Source: an uncultured bacterium (GTDB lineage: Bacteria > Chloroflexota > UBA5177 > JANWHV01). Taken from it: DNA of 64,000 bases. The translations under genes and the position numbers were made by a program. The stretch lies in assembly GCA_963827235.1 (NCBI GenBank), contig CAWHAE010000016.1:1120001-1184000 (forward strand), in the 5' to 3' direction. Under the pieces are notes generated by a model. The model saw only the letters and a list, made by a program, of their open reading frames with translations, did not search any database and was not told where the DNA came from. Position 1 is the first letter of the stretch, and every line of letters starts with the position of its first letter. Shown here one piece after another: positions 12,165 through 23,625 of this stretch.

Positions 12165-13744
12165 TCAAGTAGCAGGCGGACCAGAACTGTTTATCCGGCT
12201 ACGGCGCCGGGATTGCGGGCGCCTACTAATCGCACTCGCCGGGGAGAGGGATAGTCGTGCTCCCTCTCCCGGGGCGTTGTCCTCGCTCGCTAACAAACCT
12301 GGTTCCTCTGGCCGGGTACTTCTCGGAATCCCTGCCGACCTGCACAGCCAGTCTCGCCGGGCCTACTGACGCACATCACAGTGGCTCTGTGGAGCAGAGT
12401 ACCGACTACTCTACAACCTGGGCTGACAGCGCGCCGCGAGTAGCACTAATCCAACTGCACCGCGTTCACGCCCTACACGTCGTCGAGTTTCCCTGCTCGA
12501 GTGTGCCGGCATGCCATGCCGCAGAGGGTCAAGGTCACACTCACTGCAAGGAAAGCAGGTCGATGCGTTCCTCACTGCAACGTCGAACGTCAAGAACAAG
12601 ACAGTTGCGTTGACCCGCGGGTGCGGCCGCCTCGGCGCCTACGATGCGGACCGCAACCTCGAGCTGCAAGAATCCTGCAATTCGAAGCTTCCAACCACAC
12701 GCAGGCAGGCAGGGTTTGCGATAACGGCCCCGTGATCGCGCGGACCCGACGTTGGGCGTTTCGCCGAACCCGCTGCCCATCGCTGGGACTCATGCATGAC
12801 GATGCAACCTCACGTTCGCCGTCGTGGGGCGATGGCCTCGCGATGTGACAGGTGATCTGGCTGGCTCGGCTCGTCATGCTTGGGCGCAGATCGCACATGT
12901 CAGACGCTCGAGTACTGCCGGTCTAGACAGTCCAGTTCGAACATCACGTGCTCCCGCGGGCTCTCGCCCACCGACTGTGCCATCTTCATCACTGGTCCCT
13001 GGCTGACGAACACGTCGCATTCCAGCACCTGACCGCTTGACCCTGCATATGGAGGAGCGGCTCGATGATCACTCGTCTGTGCCGGCAATGATGGGCTGCC
13101 GACCCCAGGCGCACCTGTCTCGGCGGGCTGGGCCGGAGCCCCGCTCGTAGGGTTCCGGGACGGTTTCTCCGAATCGAGGTTGCCATCCGACGAGTCCGCC
13201 TCCGCCGGGCGAAGACCTACACAGGCTAGAGCATCGGCTGTGTGATCGCATGGGCCATCGCCTTGGCGGTCGCACGAGGTGTTGCCGACAAAGAGTGGCA
13301 GCACAACACGCTCGTAGTCTGCGCCGGTTGGTGGATCGGCTGTGTCTCGGCGACCATCGCCAGGGCCGTCTACCCGCCGCCCAGGCCCAACCCGCTCAAT
13401 CGGCTGGCAAGCTGAGGCTTCGGCAGAGGCAGATACCAGGATCAATTCCCCACCAGGATACGGTCACGCTTTGCCGCCCGGCGAGCGGGCTGGTGCATGG
13501 AAATGCACCGTCGCGACCGGCACGCCACTGTGATCTTCTCTCGGTCTGTGCAGCGATCCGGTCGGAGCGAGTCGTTATGCCTGGGCGCAGATCTTCGATT
13601 CTACGAGGCGGGCCGCAGTGGCAATCGGGCAGGCTCCAGCTACCACGGGCAACAGAGGATACTGTTCCTGCGACTGACCGGTTAGCCGCTGTTGATCCTA
13701 CGCGAGGATCGCGCACTACCGTGCCAGACCGTCTTGAAGGGGCC

Positions 13745-15208
13745 CTACGATCGCCACACAGGGCCGCTGCCCTCGGCGGCAGCGGTGCGCAGCCGTGGCA
13801 GTCGCAAGCGAAACGTGCTGCCTTGCGGACCGCTGCTCTCCAAATCGAGCGTCCCGCCCATGGCGGTGGCAAACTGAGCGGCCAGGTACAGGCCGAGCCC
13901 GGTACCCGTATGCCCGGCGCGAATGACGCTCCCCGGCAGTCGGCCGAAGCGCGTGAACAACTGCGCGCGCCCCGCCTCAGGAATACCCCGGCCATGGTCC
14001 CGGATGCGCACGGTCACCGTCGTGTCTTCGCTCGTCCAGTAGGCCTCGATCTGGCTGCCTTGCGGGGAGTACTTGGCTGCGTTGTCCAACACGTTCACGA
14101 GGATTTGCACCAGGCGCGCGGAGTCGGCCAAGACCATCACACCGTCAGGACCGTCGGTCTCGATCTGCTGGCCTGGATAGCCGCCACATACCTCGCTGAT
14201 GGCGAGCGCAATTTGGGGTGCAAGCTCCACAGGCCGGCAGTCCACGCTAAACTGCCCACGTTCGAGGCGGCTGGTCACCAGCAGGTCATCAACGAGACGG
14301 CGCTGGCGCTTTGCACCCAGCAGCACGTGCTGCAGGTATGCCAGCCGGGCCTCGTCGCTCAGCGACGCCCAGTGTGCCTCGAGCAACTCGGCGTAGCCGA
14401 TGATGGCGGTGAGGGGAGTCCGGAGTTCGTGACTGACGGCTGCCACGAACGCGCTCCGCAGCTGCGCCAGTTCTTCGGCTGCCTTGGCTCGGGCTTGCTC
14501 GTGCAATGCCCTGTCCTGGACCGCTCGTACCTTGCGCAGCAGCCAGTGGCCGGGAATTGCGGCAACGGCCACGAGGGCGGCGTTCCACGGCTGCCGCCAG
14601 AGCTGCGCCAGCAGGACGCCCAGGTAGGTGACGATCAGGTCGGCGATGTAGGTCTGCCGGGTGTTCCCCGTGACTGCGCGCCAGGGTGTGCCCGTGTCCA
14701 GCGCCGCAATGAGGAAAACAAGAGCGTTAGCCGGTACGGAGGCAACGAGGATTGTGGTGAGGAGGGCGGCGAGGTACAGCGGCCAGAGGTGGTGGCCTGG
14801 GTCCAGCAGCCGCACCGGGAGTACGGCGAGCTGGACAAAGATCAGGTTGTTGCACATGGAGAACGTCGCTTGGAGCGAACGCTTCTTGCTGCGGAAACGG
14901 TTGTCGCGCAGCAGCCGGTCGATGAGCAGGGCGGCAAACACTGCGCTGGTATAGCCCGCGGGCAGAAGGAGCGCGCCACCCACGGTGACGCCGCTGGTGA
15001 CCTGGTAGGAGAGATTGGGGCCAAGCACCAGGGGCCAGCGACCGGCACACAGCGCCAAGGTCAAGACGGCAAGGCAGACGAGCAGATCGTCCGTGCGGAG
15101 GGAAGCGGTCGCCAGTGCCCACCAGGTGCCGACCGCCGTGAGGCTCCCGGCCACGATGACCGTGGCCCACACGAGGTTCCGCAGCCACAAGCGCGCGCGT
15201 TCCGACAC
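13745..15208 (-). CDS. Membrane sensor histidine kinase (orphan)
   Basis: Multiple N-terminal TM helices; H-box VSHELRTPL, N-box NVLDNAAKYS, G-boxes DHGRGI and GTGLGL. Confidence 0.93.
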   Translation of the reverse strand: MSERARLWLRNLVWATVIVAGSLTAVGTWWALATASLRTDDLLVCLAVLTLALCAGRWPLVLGPNLSYQVTSGVTVGGALLLPAGYTSAVFAALLIDRLLRDNRFRSKKRSLQATFSMCNNLIFVQLAVLPVRLLDPGHHLWPLYLAALLTTILVASVPANALVFLIAALDTGTPWRAVTGNTRQTYIADLIVTYLGVLLAQLWRQPWNAALVAVAAIPGHWLLRKVRAVQDRALHEQARAKAAEELAQLRSAFVAAVSHELRTPLTAIIGYAELLEAHWASLSDEARLAYLQHVLLGAKRQRRLVDDLLVTSRLERGQFSVDCRPVELAPQIALAISEVCGGYPGQQIETDGPDGVMVLADSARLVQILVNVLDNAAKYSPQGSQIEAYWTSEDTTVTVRIRDHGRGIPEAGRAQLFTRFGRLPGSVIRAGHTGTGLGLYLAAQFATAMGGTLDLESSGPQGSTFRLRLPRLRTAAAEGSGPVWRS

Positions 15209-15303
15209 TGCTGTTCCCTATTTGCGCTGTGGGCTCAGGGCGCTTCACCAGGGCCCCGGGCACATCCAGGGAACGCCCTGTTCGTTACCATATGTCCACC
15301 TTA

Positions 15304-16581
15304 GGACCCTCTCCAAAACAACGGGGTCATTCACTGAGGCAGGATCACGTAGTTCCAATTGCCGTGAAAGGCGTCTCTGAGAAGGTTCAACGCTTCCATC
15401 TCCGCATCTGTGACTGCGATCTTGGTCGGATAGGTGTTGGTATCGCCGACGGCGGTCACTCGCAGGCCACGCGCGGTGGTTGTGCGAGAGATCAGCTCGA
15501 TCACGGTTTCCATGCTGGTGAGCGGGCGTGCCCGCCAGTTGACGGAGATGTAGGAGAAGAGCTTATGCTCGATCTGGTTCCACTTGCTCGTGCCCGGCGG
15601 CAGGTGGCAGACGCGCACACGCAGTCCTGTCTCGTTGGCCAAGCGTTGCAGTTCGCGCTTCCAGAGCCGCGCGCGCGTGCTATTTGAGCCGCCCCCATCC
15701 GCCACGATCAGCAGTTCTTGCGCGTCGGCATAGCGCGCACGCCCGTGCTGGGTCCACCAGCGCCGGATACTCTCGACCGCGAACGCTGCCGTGTCATGAT
15801 CCTGGCCCACGTTCACAAAGCCCGTGTTGTGCAGGACGTCGTAGACCCCGTAGGGAATCGCCTTCCCGTCCGCCAGGCTCAGAAAGTCGTAGACATTGAC
15901 CGTGGCAGGCTGCCCTTGGGGCTGCCACTCCTGGCCGTTGTTCTTGAAGTTGCCGAGCAACTCTTTCTTCTTGCAATCCACCGAAATGACCGGCTGGCTC
16001 GTCTGTTCGAACACCGCACAGGCGTCTTTGATGTGCGTGAACTGCCCGTCGCGATCTGGGTCGGTGGCGCCTTCGTGCTCTTTCCGGTTCGCCTGGAGCG
16101 TGTAGTCGTGCGCCTGGAGCAGGCGGCGGACCGTGGTCTCGCCGACGGTGTGCCCCTGCGCTGCCAATGCCTGTTGCAAGTGCGTGATGCTCTTGGTGGT
16201 CCACTTGAGCAGGCTCATCGGATCGCCCTTCGGGTCCAGCAGGGCCTCCAGGTCAGCCACCAGCGTCGGATCCTGGTCGCTCCGCCTCTTCCGGCCCCCA
16301 CCAGGCCGTCGCTGCCGATCTCCTGCCACGTAGGCCAGACCCCCCTCGATCTCCGCGACGCCCCGGCGAATCGTGTCACGTGTGGCGTGCGCCTCACGTG
16401 CCACTTGACTGATGCCGCCGCGCCCAATCTTCTTGGCCTCGACCGCCAAATACACGCGCCACTGCCGCTCATTGAGGGTGGCGTGCATGATCTCGTATGC
16501 CGTCGGTGTGTCGTGCTGTTCCATGAACCAAGCCTACCACCACACGACAAGGAGCGGGCTAAGTTATTAAGGAGTGGCCCC
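15304..16581 (-). mobile_element. ISAzo13-family insertion sequence
   Basis: Imperfect terminal IRs (GGACCCTCTCCAAAACAAC vs rc GGGGCCACTCCTTAATAAC) flanked by TTA at 15301-15303 and 16582-16584. Confidence 0.75.
15331..16524 (-). CDS. ISAzo13-family transposase
   Basis: GDPMSLLKWT, ISVDCKKKELLGNFKNNG, DGGGSN, PPGTSKWNQIEH, FHGNWNY. Confidence 0.95.
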   Translation of the reverse strand: MEQHDTPTAYEIMHATLNERQWRVYLAVEAKKIGRGGISQVAREAHATRDTIRRGVAEIEGGLAYVAGDRQRRPGGGRKRRSDQDPTLVADLEALLDPKGDPMSLLKWTTKSITHLQQALAAQGHTVGETTVRRLLQAHDYTLQANRKEHEGATDPDRDGQFTHIKDACAVFEQTSQPVISVDCKKKELLGNFKNNGQEWQPQGQPATVNVYDFLSLADGKAIPYGVYDVLHNTGFVNVGQDHDTAAFAVESIRRWWTQHGRARYADAQELLIVADGGGSNSTRARLWKRELQRLANETGLRVRVCHLPPGTSKWNQIEHKLFSYISVNWRARPLTSMETVIELISRTTTARGLRVTAVGDTNTYPTKIAVTDAEMEALNLLRDAFHGNWNYVILPQ

Positions 16582-17237
16582 TTAGTGGCGAGATCAACTG
16601 CCACAAGGCGCCGATTACCGCCCCAATGGTCCCGCGGTTCGGCCGCTATGGCGAGATGGCTCGATGGGGTCTCAGTGGGCCGGTCCACCGGCATCGCCGA
16701 GCGCAGTTGCGCCGTCTCAGTTGCACGGGCTTGAGAATAAGGGCCGGGGCACAGGTCGCCGCGCTACCGACGATGTTCGGCCAGCGCCCTTGCGGTATCG
16801 GCATCGCCATCACGCTGCATCGACCGCAGGGTGCACGCACAGCCGTCCTTTGGGGGCAACGCCCCCTGCATCGATATGCATCAGCCTGCTGACCTGCTCA
16901 ATGCTCCACAACCCCCTTTCGGCGTGCGGCTGCACGTGAAAGCAGGAACGCGATAGGCGCATGGCTCGCAACCCCGCGCCGGCAGCCGCGGTTGGCGTCA
17001 CGACCGATCGGCTAGGCCTAAGGACCGGTGCCGGGGCGCGACCTTCTGAACAGGCACACACGGACCTTTCGGACATGGTTGGCGGCAGCTCTCACGAGTA
17101 GGCTGGAGCTTGGCGTGCGACGAGCACGACCTCGCGCTGACGTCCTGAAACGCTCGAACCAGTGCCGCACCGGGTCGGCAGACCCGAGCGCAGCGGGCTC
17201 GCTGTTCCGCCGTGTACCGCATGCAAGGAGACGCGCC

Positions 17238-18731
17238 ATGTCTAAGCCGCTTCACTCGCGAGTATCGGTGGTGCTGGGCGCGATCCTGCTGATCAGTCTG
17301 GGTGTCTCAGCCAGCTCGGGCAGTTCTGGTGCCCACGCGAGCCAGATCGCCACCTTCCAAACGACGCCCTGTCCGTTCAAGGTCACCAATGGGGTGTTCG
17401 TGGCGTCGCACATCCGCTGTGGCTATCTGCTCGTGCCGGAGAATCGCCAGATTGCGGACAGCCCAACCATCAAGGTGGCGGTCGCCATCTTCAAACCGCA
17501 ATCGCCCAATCCTGCTCCCGATCCCCTCATCTTCGTGGTCGGCGGCCCGGGCGGGGAGACCATCCTCTCACGAGGGCCCACCATGGTCGGCAAGGGGTTG
17601 CCGGCTTTCGTCGGGAATCGGGATTACATCCTGGTCAATCAGCGGGGGACACTCCTCTCCCCGCCCACGCTCATCTGCCCCGCCGACGACACGATACCGG
17701 CCTGCCACGCCTCTCTGGTCAAGGAGGGCATCGATCCCGGCGCCTATAACGTGGTCGAGGACGCTGCCGACATTGCCGCCCTTGGGCCTGCCCTCGGCTA
17801 CAAAGCGGTTGACCTCTACGGCAACTCCTACGGGTCGATCATCACGTTGCAGGCGATGCGCGACCATCCGCAGGGCATACGCGCCGTCGTGCTGGACGGG
17901 GTCCTCACGCCCTCGTACGACCAGTTCACCGGTCGCATTCCCCATACCTGGCGCGCGCTCCAGCAGATCTTCGCGGACTGCGCCGCATCACCGTCCTGCA
18001 ATGCGCGCTACCCGCATCTGATTCAGACTTTCATGCAACTGCTGTCTCACCTGCAAGACCGTCCGGCTTCGGTCCGCATCTACTCCAGCGCGCAGAAGCG
18101 CTTCGCAACCGGGACCATCGATGGCGCGGACCTCTGGACCGGATTGGCCACGTACCTGACGGATGACACGGTCCTGCCGTTCGTGCCCCAGCCCACGTTC
18201 GCGCCGCTCGTGCCCAGACTCATTACGCACATGGCGAGAGGAGACTTCAGCGACGTCGTGCAGTACCTCGAAGCTATCCATTGGGACAAGCCATCGACCG
18301 ACAATAGCCTGATGAACGCCGCCATGGTGCGCAGTTTCGCCCAGTCTTGCAGCTCGCCGGACAAGATCGCGGCCGGTGCGACGACGCTCCCGCCCTCGAT
18401 CCGCACGGACGCTGTCGCGTTCTACGCCGCTGGCTTGGCAAGTTGCACCGCTTGGCACCTGCCCATGATTGCCGCCGTCAACCACACTTACTTCCGCAGC
18501 GAGATTCCCACGCTCCTCCTGTCGGGACGGTACGACTCGGCCGGGTCGCCCGCCCAGACGCAGGTATTGGCGCGCATGCTGGGGAACGCCTACCTGGTGC
18601 CCGTGCCCTCGGGTCACCATGCCGCCGAGGTCGGAGGGTGTCCGGACGAGATCGCTCGCGCCTTCCTCGCGAGCCCAGACCAGAAGCCTGACACGAGTTG
18701 TGTCGCACAGATGACTGTGCACTGGAAGTAA
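17238..18731 (+). CDS. Secreted alpha/beta hydrolase (TAP-like peptidase/esterase)
   Basis: Signal peptide; CGYLLVPENR, GGPGG, GNSYG nucleophile, VVLDG, LSGRYD, SGH. Confidence 0.88.
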   Translation: MSKPLHSRVSVVLGAILLISLGVSASSGSSGAHASQIATFQTTPCPFKVTNGVFVASHIRCGYLLVPENRQIADSPTIKVAVAIFKPQSPNPAPDPLIFVVGGPGGETILSRGPTMVGKGLPAFVGNRDYILVNQRGTLLSPPTLICPADDTIPACHASLVKEGIDPGAYNVVEDAADIAALGPALGYKAVDLYGNSYGSIITLQAMRDHPQGIRAVVLDGVLTPSYDQFTGRIPHTWRALQQIFADCAASPSCNARYPHLIQTFMQLLSHLQDRPASVRIYSSAQKRFATGTIDGADLWTGLATYLTDDTVLPFVPQPTFAPLVPRLITHMARGDFSDVVQYLEAIHWDKPSTDNSLMNAAMVRSFAQSCSSPDKIAAGATTLPPSIRTDAVAFYAAGLASCTAWHLPMIAAVNHTYFRSEIPTLLLSGRYDSAGSPAQTQVLARMLGNAYLVPVPSGHHAAEVGGCPDEIARAFLASPDQKPDTSCVAQMTVHWK

Positions 18732-19176
18732 GCCGCGACAGCATCGTGGCCCAGAAACTCGGAAAGTCACATCCCGAGTCTGTGGGCAGCGCCTGAGCAC
18801 ATAGCGAACTCATGCGTGACAACGGCGTCGCGATCGCGCTGGGTCTCGCTGCAGGGGCTGTCCGAGATAACGACGCCGACCGAGCCCGGCTGTTTGAAGA
18901 CGCGGTTCCAGCTACATCGTCCGGCGATTCTCGCGCTTTCGTTCGATGCCTATGGCAGCGAAATCATCGGGCGCAGGTCTCAAGCGGCAAGGGGGTGCCC
19001 TCATCGCGAGCGGGCTACACAGCGAGCTTGTCGAGCGTTCTCGCAGCCAATACCCGATGACGATCGGCATTCCCAGCAGAAGCTTCAACACGAGGCATAG
19101 CGCACTGTGCCCTCGACGACATAGCCGATGCCATTGATACTGAACCCATTCTCTACGATGAAAGCGCCCACCACTA

Positions 19177-20063
19177 GAGCCAGTTATGCACTTATTGTCA
19201 AGCTGTGTACGCTCGGAGTAGGACAACGACAAGTGTGACCAGGACAACGATGGACCGCAAACCCTATCCGAGTGACGTGCGTGATGACGAGTGGGCGCTG
19301 GTGGCGCCCTACCCGACCCTGATGATCGAGAAGGCGCCGCAGCGGATGTACCCCTTGCGCGAGGTGTTCAACGGGCTGCGCTGGATCGTGCGGACGGGGG
19401 CGCAGTGGCGCTGGCTGCCGCACGACCTGCCGCCCTGGCCGGTGGTCTACCAGCAGACGCAGCGCTGGCTGCGGGCTGGGGTGTTTGAGAGTCTGGTGCA
19501 CGACCTGCGGGCGGTGCTGTGCGTGGCACAGGGCCGCAACGAAGCGCCCTCGGCGGTCATCTTTGATGCCCGTACTCTGCAGTCGAGTCCAGAGAGCGGG
19601 GCGCGGGCCGGCTACGATGGGGCCAAGAAGCGGCGCGGCAGCAAGGTGCATCTGGCGGTCGACACCTTGGGGCAGTTGCTGGCGCTGTGTGTGACGGCGG
19701 CGAACGAGCAGGAACGCGCCCAGGTGGAGGCGTTGGCGCGGCGGGTGCAGGAGGTCACCGGCGACACGGTCGAGTTGGCCTATGTCGACCAGGGCTACAC
19801 CGGCGAGCAGCCTGCCGCCGACGCCGCCACGCACGGTATCCGACTGGAGGTGGTCAAGCTGCCCGAGGCCAAGCGGGGCTTCGTCCTCCTGCCGCGGCGC
19901 TGGGTGGTGGAACGCAGCTTCGGCTGGATGGCCCGCTGCCGCCGCCTGGCGCGGGATTACGAGCGCTTGCCGGAGACCTTGGCGGGCTTGCATTTCGTGG
20001 CCTTCGCTTCCCTCATGCTCAGTAATGTCGTGGACGTCATGGTTGATAGTGCATAACAGGCTC
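19177..20063 (+). mobile_element. IS5-family insertion sequence
   Basis: 16-bp IRs GAGCC(A/T)GTTATGCACT; TA duplicated within a CACTAGTG target. Confidence 0.88.
19250..20056 (+). CDS. IS5-family transposase (DUF4096 + DDE)
   Basis: [48 protein letters not shown]. Confidence 0.95.
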   Translation: MDRKPYPSDVRDDEWALVAPYPTLMIEKAPQRMYPLREVFNGLRWIVRTGAQWRWLPHDLPPWPVVYQQTQRWLRAGVFESLVHDLRAVLCVAQGRNEAPSAVIFDARTLQSSPESGARAGYDGAKKRRGSKVHLAVDTLGQLLALCVTAANEQERAQVEALARRVQEVTGDTVELAYVDQGYTGEQPAADAATHGIRLEVVKLPEAKRGFVLLPRRWVVERSFGWMARCRRLARDYERLPETLAGLHFVAFASLMLSNVVDVMVDSA

Positions 20064-20164
20064 TAGTGCCGCTACGGGTTGTGGCAGCAGATCATCGACG
20101 CGTTCGGAGGAGCCGTCGACGGGGCCAAGCCGCTCACTAAGCAGATACGACTGCGACGGTCATC

Positions 20165-21694
20165 TTAATCGCTGTCGTAGGACGACCCGAGGCGGCGTAG
20201 CGATACGCGGAGCTTGCGCAACGTCGGTGTCCAAGCGATGCGCTTCCTGTCTCTATAGACGTGTAGACCGGGTTCCTGCCCATAGTGCGTACCCGACGCG
20301 TCATAGAGCACCATCAACAGCTGGCCATGGTAGCGTACGTTGTCGAGACAGAAGTACGCCCAGGCGCCGTCCGGCAGCAGGGGATCGATCTCCAGCACGT
20401 CGTCTGCGCGGGGCGTCAGGCCCACGAGGCCGGTGATCACCAAATCGCAAAACGTCGAGTGATTGTAGTCCGCACCGCGGTCCTTGTTCGGGCTTCCTCG
20501 GTCGTACAGCGTTTGGCGTGTGACCCATTCACCCGTATCGGGGTGCAAGCTCTCATCGATCCAGGGCACGGTGCTTCGGTCGGGCAGCGTGCGTCGCTGC
20601 GAGCGGGCATAGGTCCCCAGGAGCGACAGGTAATCGGCCTTGGTCACCACCGTTTGCGCATAGTCGTGCAGAACGTTGGCCATGCCCATGAGGGTGTGGC
20701 TCGTGGCGAACGGCCACGACGAGCCGCGCCACAGGCAATCGTGCTGATCCACTGTCGGCGCCGGCCACCAGGCAGGATGCCGGCGTTCAGCCGTGCATGG
20801 ACCATAGGCACCCAAGAAACCTTGCGGGTCATTCACCTGCCGCCAGGCCCGCTCGTAGCCCAGGTCGGGAAGACGGAACGCCCACGGCACGTATCCTTGC
20901 AGCTCGCGCACGTCGGCCAGCCGGCCCGCACGCTGCCGCAGGCCCAGGGCATCCGGGCCGTATTTCTCCCTGTCCGCCCTGTGCCCTGTTTCAGTAACCA
21001 GCGTCTTGAAGAACCCGGCGTCGGCGTCCCACAGCTTCGCTTGCACCAACGCTTTGGTCCTTGCCGCTTCGCTGCTGAACCGGGCTGCCAGCTCGCCCCG
21101 GCCGGCCAAGCCCGCGATGCGTGCAATCGCCACGGCGTCGGCATACATGTAGCTGTTGATGGTCGGGCGACAGCCGCTGCCGCTGATCTGGAACTCCATA
21201 CCGTCACGGTCGTCGACCTGCCAGAACAGCCCGCACGGATCTCGACGCTCCGCCTCCCACGCCTCGTAGTTCCGGACGAGATCGTCCAGCAGGCTGATCG
21301 GCAGCCTGGCATCACCGCTGACCAGATAGCGGGCATAGAGGGCGTCCGCGACCCAGAAGCTGTAGCTGCGCGGCGCTGCCGCCGGCCCGAACCAGAAGCG
21401 ACTGTAGTCGTCGAGATAGTTCGACCCGTGCAGCCAGCGACCTTCGTAGAGATGGTGGCCCGCGGCGCAGTTGATTGTATTGTGCACACCGGCCCATGGC
21501 ACGTCGCTCAAGAACTCCGTGACCACATAGCCGGCTGGTGTCGGCGTGAGGTGCTTGCGAAACACGCGCCAGCGGAAGTCATACGTCTGTCGGATATCCC
21601 GGTCCGGACAGTCAAAGTGCGGCACGTTGGCGGCAAGCCACGCACGCTCAGCCGTTGCGGCTTCTGCTGTAGCGTCTGCGGAGGGTACTAACAC
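20165..21694 (-). CDS. Six-hairpin glycoside hydrolase (MGH1-like / GH121-related)
   Basis: NVPHFDCPD..TYDFRW..RKHL, INCAAGHHLYEGRWL, DDRDGME, RPTINSYMY, DYNHSTFCDLVITG. Confidence 0.82.
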   Translation of the reverse strand: MLVPSADATAEAATAERAWLAANVPHFDCPDRDIRQTYDFRWRVFRKHLTPTPAGYVVTEFLSDVPWAGVHNTINCAAGHHLYEGRWLHGSNYLDDYSRFWFGPAAAPRSYSFWVADALYARYLVSGDARLPISLLDDLVRNYEAWEAERRDPCGLFWQVDDRDGMEFQISGSGCRPTINSYMYADAVAIARIAGLAGRGELAARFSSEAARTKALVQAKLWDADAGFFKTLVTETGHRADREKYGPDALGLRQRAGRLADVRELQGYVPWAFRLPDLGYERAWRQVNDPQGFLGAYGPCTAERRHPAWWPAPTVDQHDCLWRGSSWPFATSHTLMGMANVLHDYAQTVVTKADYLSLLGTYARSQRRTLPDRSTVPWIDESLHPDTGEWVTRQTLYDRGSPNKDRGADYNHSTFCDLVITGLVGLTPRADDVLEIDPLLPDGAWAYFCLDNVRYHGQLLMVLYDASGTHYGQEPGLHVYRDRKRIAWTPTLRKLRVSLRRLGSSYDSD

Positions 21695-21698
21695 CCGA

Positions 21699-22601
21699 TC
21701 ACCGCCGCGCTTCTATCGGCCAGACGATGCCCGACGCGGTTGCCAGCCCGATCTGCTCGCGGCGGTCGCTCGCGCGACTGGCGTTGTACCACAAATACCA
21801 CCGGTCCCTGTACCGCAGCACAAAGGGCTTATAGACGTTGCAGTCGTCCCACGATCCCGCCGGTCCGGGCTCGAGAATGGGGTTGCCGGGGTATCGCTCC
21901 CACGCATGAATGCCGTCCTTCGAACGGGCCAGGCACATGTGCGCCGCCTCAAAGCCATCGGCGAACCCGATGTAGAATGCGAGATAGCCGTCGCCGTCCG
22001 GCAGGATGCAGGCCGCCGTGACCCGGTCGGACTCGCAGCCGCCGGCCGGGCGCAGCACCGGGTTCTGGGGGTCCCGCCGCCAGGCGATCCCATCGTCGCT
22101 CTCGGCATACCCGACGGCATCGGCCTCATACATGTCACCGCCCGAATACCACATACGGAAGCGCCCGCGTTCGTAGAGCACAAACGGGCACATCAAGCTG
22201 TGCTTCTCCCAGGCGACCTCCGGCGCCAGCACCGGCTCCGTGGCCGCCCGCTCCCAACGCTTGCCGTCCTCACTGACGGCCAGACCTATGGCGCCTGTCG
22301 TCGCGTCGACATTCTGCCCGGTGTACCACATGTACCAGCGCCCGTTCGCCTGCACCACATGCGGGCGATTGACCTCGCTCTTCTCCCAGTCAATCGACGG
22401 GTCCCGCTCCAGGACGAGACGCGGCGCGCTCCAACCCACGCCGTCGTCGCTCTCGCTCAGGGCGATGGAATGTAGGTCGCGCCACGACAGCCACATACGC
22501 AGCCGGTCCCCAACGGGTGCTACGCAGCCGTCAAACAGTGCCGACACGGTATAGCCGGGTCCCAGTACAGGATTGGCGGGATGTTTGGTCCACATGGACA
22601 T
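21699..22601 (-). CDS. Five-bladed beta-propeller glycoside hydrolase (GH43/32/130-like)
   Basis: Repeated W.K/R.P.NPVL, AxSxDGxxW and YMWY blades. Confidence 0.8.
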   Translation of the reverse strand: MSMWTKHPANPVLGPGYTVSALFDGCVAPVGDRLRMWLSWRDLHSIALSESDDGVGWSAPRLVLERDPSIDWEKSEVNRPHVVQANGRWYMWYTGQNVDATTGAIGLAVSEDGKRWERAATEPVLAPEVAWEKHSLMCPFVLYERGRFRMWYSGGDMYEADAVGYAESDDGIAWRRDPQNPVLRPAGGCESDRVTAACILPDGDGYLAFYIGFADGFEAAHMCLARSKDGIHAWERYPGNPILEPGPAGSWDDCNVYKPFVLRYRDRWYLWYNASRASDRREQIGLATASGIVWPIEARR

Positions 22602-22722
22602 GGTCGTTACGCTCCCTTGCTGTCTTCGCTCGCTCCCGGTCTCACGCCGATGCAGCCGGATTGGCCGTTCCCCTCGACCGCTGGGGATCGTTCAGTATGT
22701 CAATGCCAGCGCGCGCTCCGCT

Positions 22723-23625
22723 TCATCCCTTCAGGCCGGCCTGCATCACGCCGGCGATGAAATAGCGCTGGAAGGCCACGAAGAGGGCGATAAGCGGCAG
22801 CACGGCGACCGTCGAACCGGCCATGACGGCACCCCAGGGCGTGTTGAAGCCGCTGCCGGACGGCAGATTCACCACTGCCAGCACGATGGTGTACATGTCG
22901 TTGCTCTGCAGCACCATCAGCGGCCACATGAAGTTGTTCCACGCCCCCATGAAAGCCATGATGCCCAGGGCTGCGAGGGCGGGTTTCACATTGGGCATGA
23001 TCACGCGCGCATAGATACCCAGATCGCGGCACCCGTCGATGCGTGCCGCGTCGAGCAGCTCGTTGGGAATACTCGCCATATACTGCGTCATGAAGAAGAT
23101 GCCGAACGCGCTGGCCACGCTAGGCAGGATGACCGCCTGGTAGGAGTTGATCCAGCCAATCTTGCTCATCAGCACGTACTGCGGCACCAGGGCGACGAAT
23201 TGCGGCACCATCATGGTGCTGAGCACGGCGATGAACAACAGGCGCTTGCCGGGGAATACCAGCTTTGCAAAGGCAAAACCGGCAAGCGAACTCAGGAACA
23301 CGGAGCCCGCCATGGTCGTGGCCGCGATGACGAGTGAGTTGAAGAGATTCCGCCACAGCGGCATCATGCCAAAGGCGTCCTGGTAGTTCTGCCAGGTTGG
23401 ATGCGCCGGGATCAGGTTGATGCCCGGATTGAATATGTCGCCTTCGGGCTTGAAGGACGCGGAAACCATCCACGCGAATGGAAACAGGAAAACCACACTG
23501 AGCACGATGAGCACCACATGCGTCAGCACCTGTCGCACGATGGGCCGCAGCCGCACCCGCAGCGGCCGTTCCCTGGACGAGCGCGCGCGATCCCCCAGCA
23601 CGACGCCGCTGCTGCGTCCGCTCAT
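22723..23625 (-). CDS. Carbohydrate ABC transporter permease (MalG-like)
   Basis: IPNELLDAARIDG EAA loop, WNNFMWPL, FQRYFIAG. Confidence 0.93.
   Translation of the reverse strand: MSGRSSGVVLGDRARSSRERPLRVRLRPIVRQVLTHVVLIVLSVVFLFPFAWMVSASFKPEGDIFNPGINLIPAHPTWQNYQDAFGMMPLWRNLFNSLVIAATTMAGSVFLSSLAGFAFAKLVFPGKRLLFIAVLSTMMVPQFVALVPQYVLMSKIGWINSYQAVILPSVASAFGIFFMTQYMASIPNELLDAARIDGCRDLGIYARVIMPNVKPALAALGIMAFMGAWNNFMWPLMVLQSNDMYTIVLAVVNLPSGSGFNTPWGAVMAGSTVAVLPLIALFVAFQRYFIAGVMQAGLKG

Noticed and set aside
13250-15304. Long antisense ORFs (684 aa here; also 7548-9515, 20285-21691, 55165-56727)
   Set aside because: Shadow ORFs opposite real genes, expected in high-GC DNA; no protein motifs
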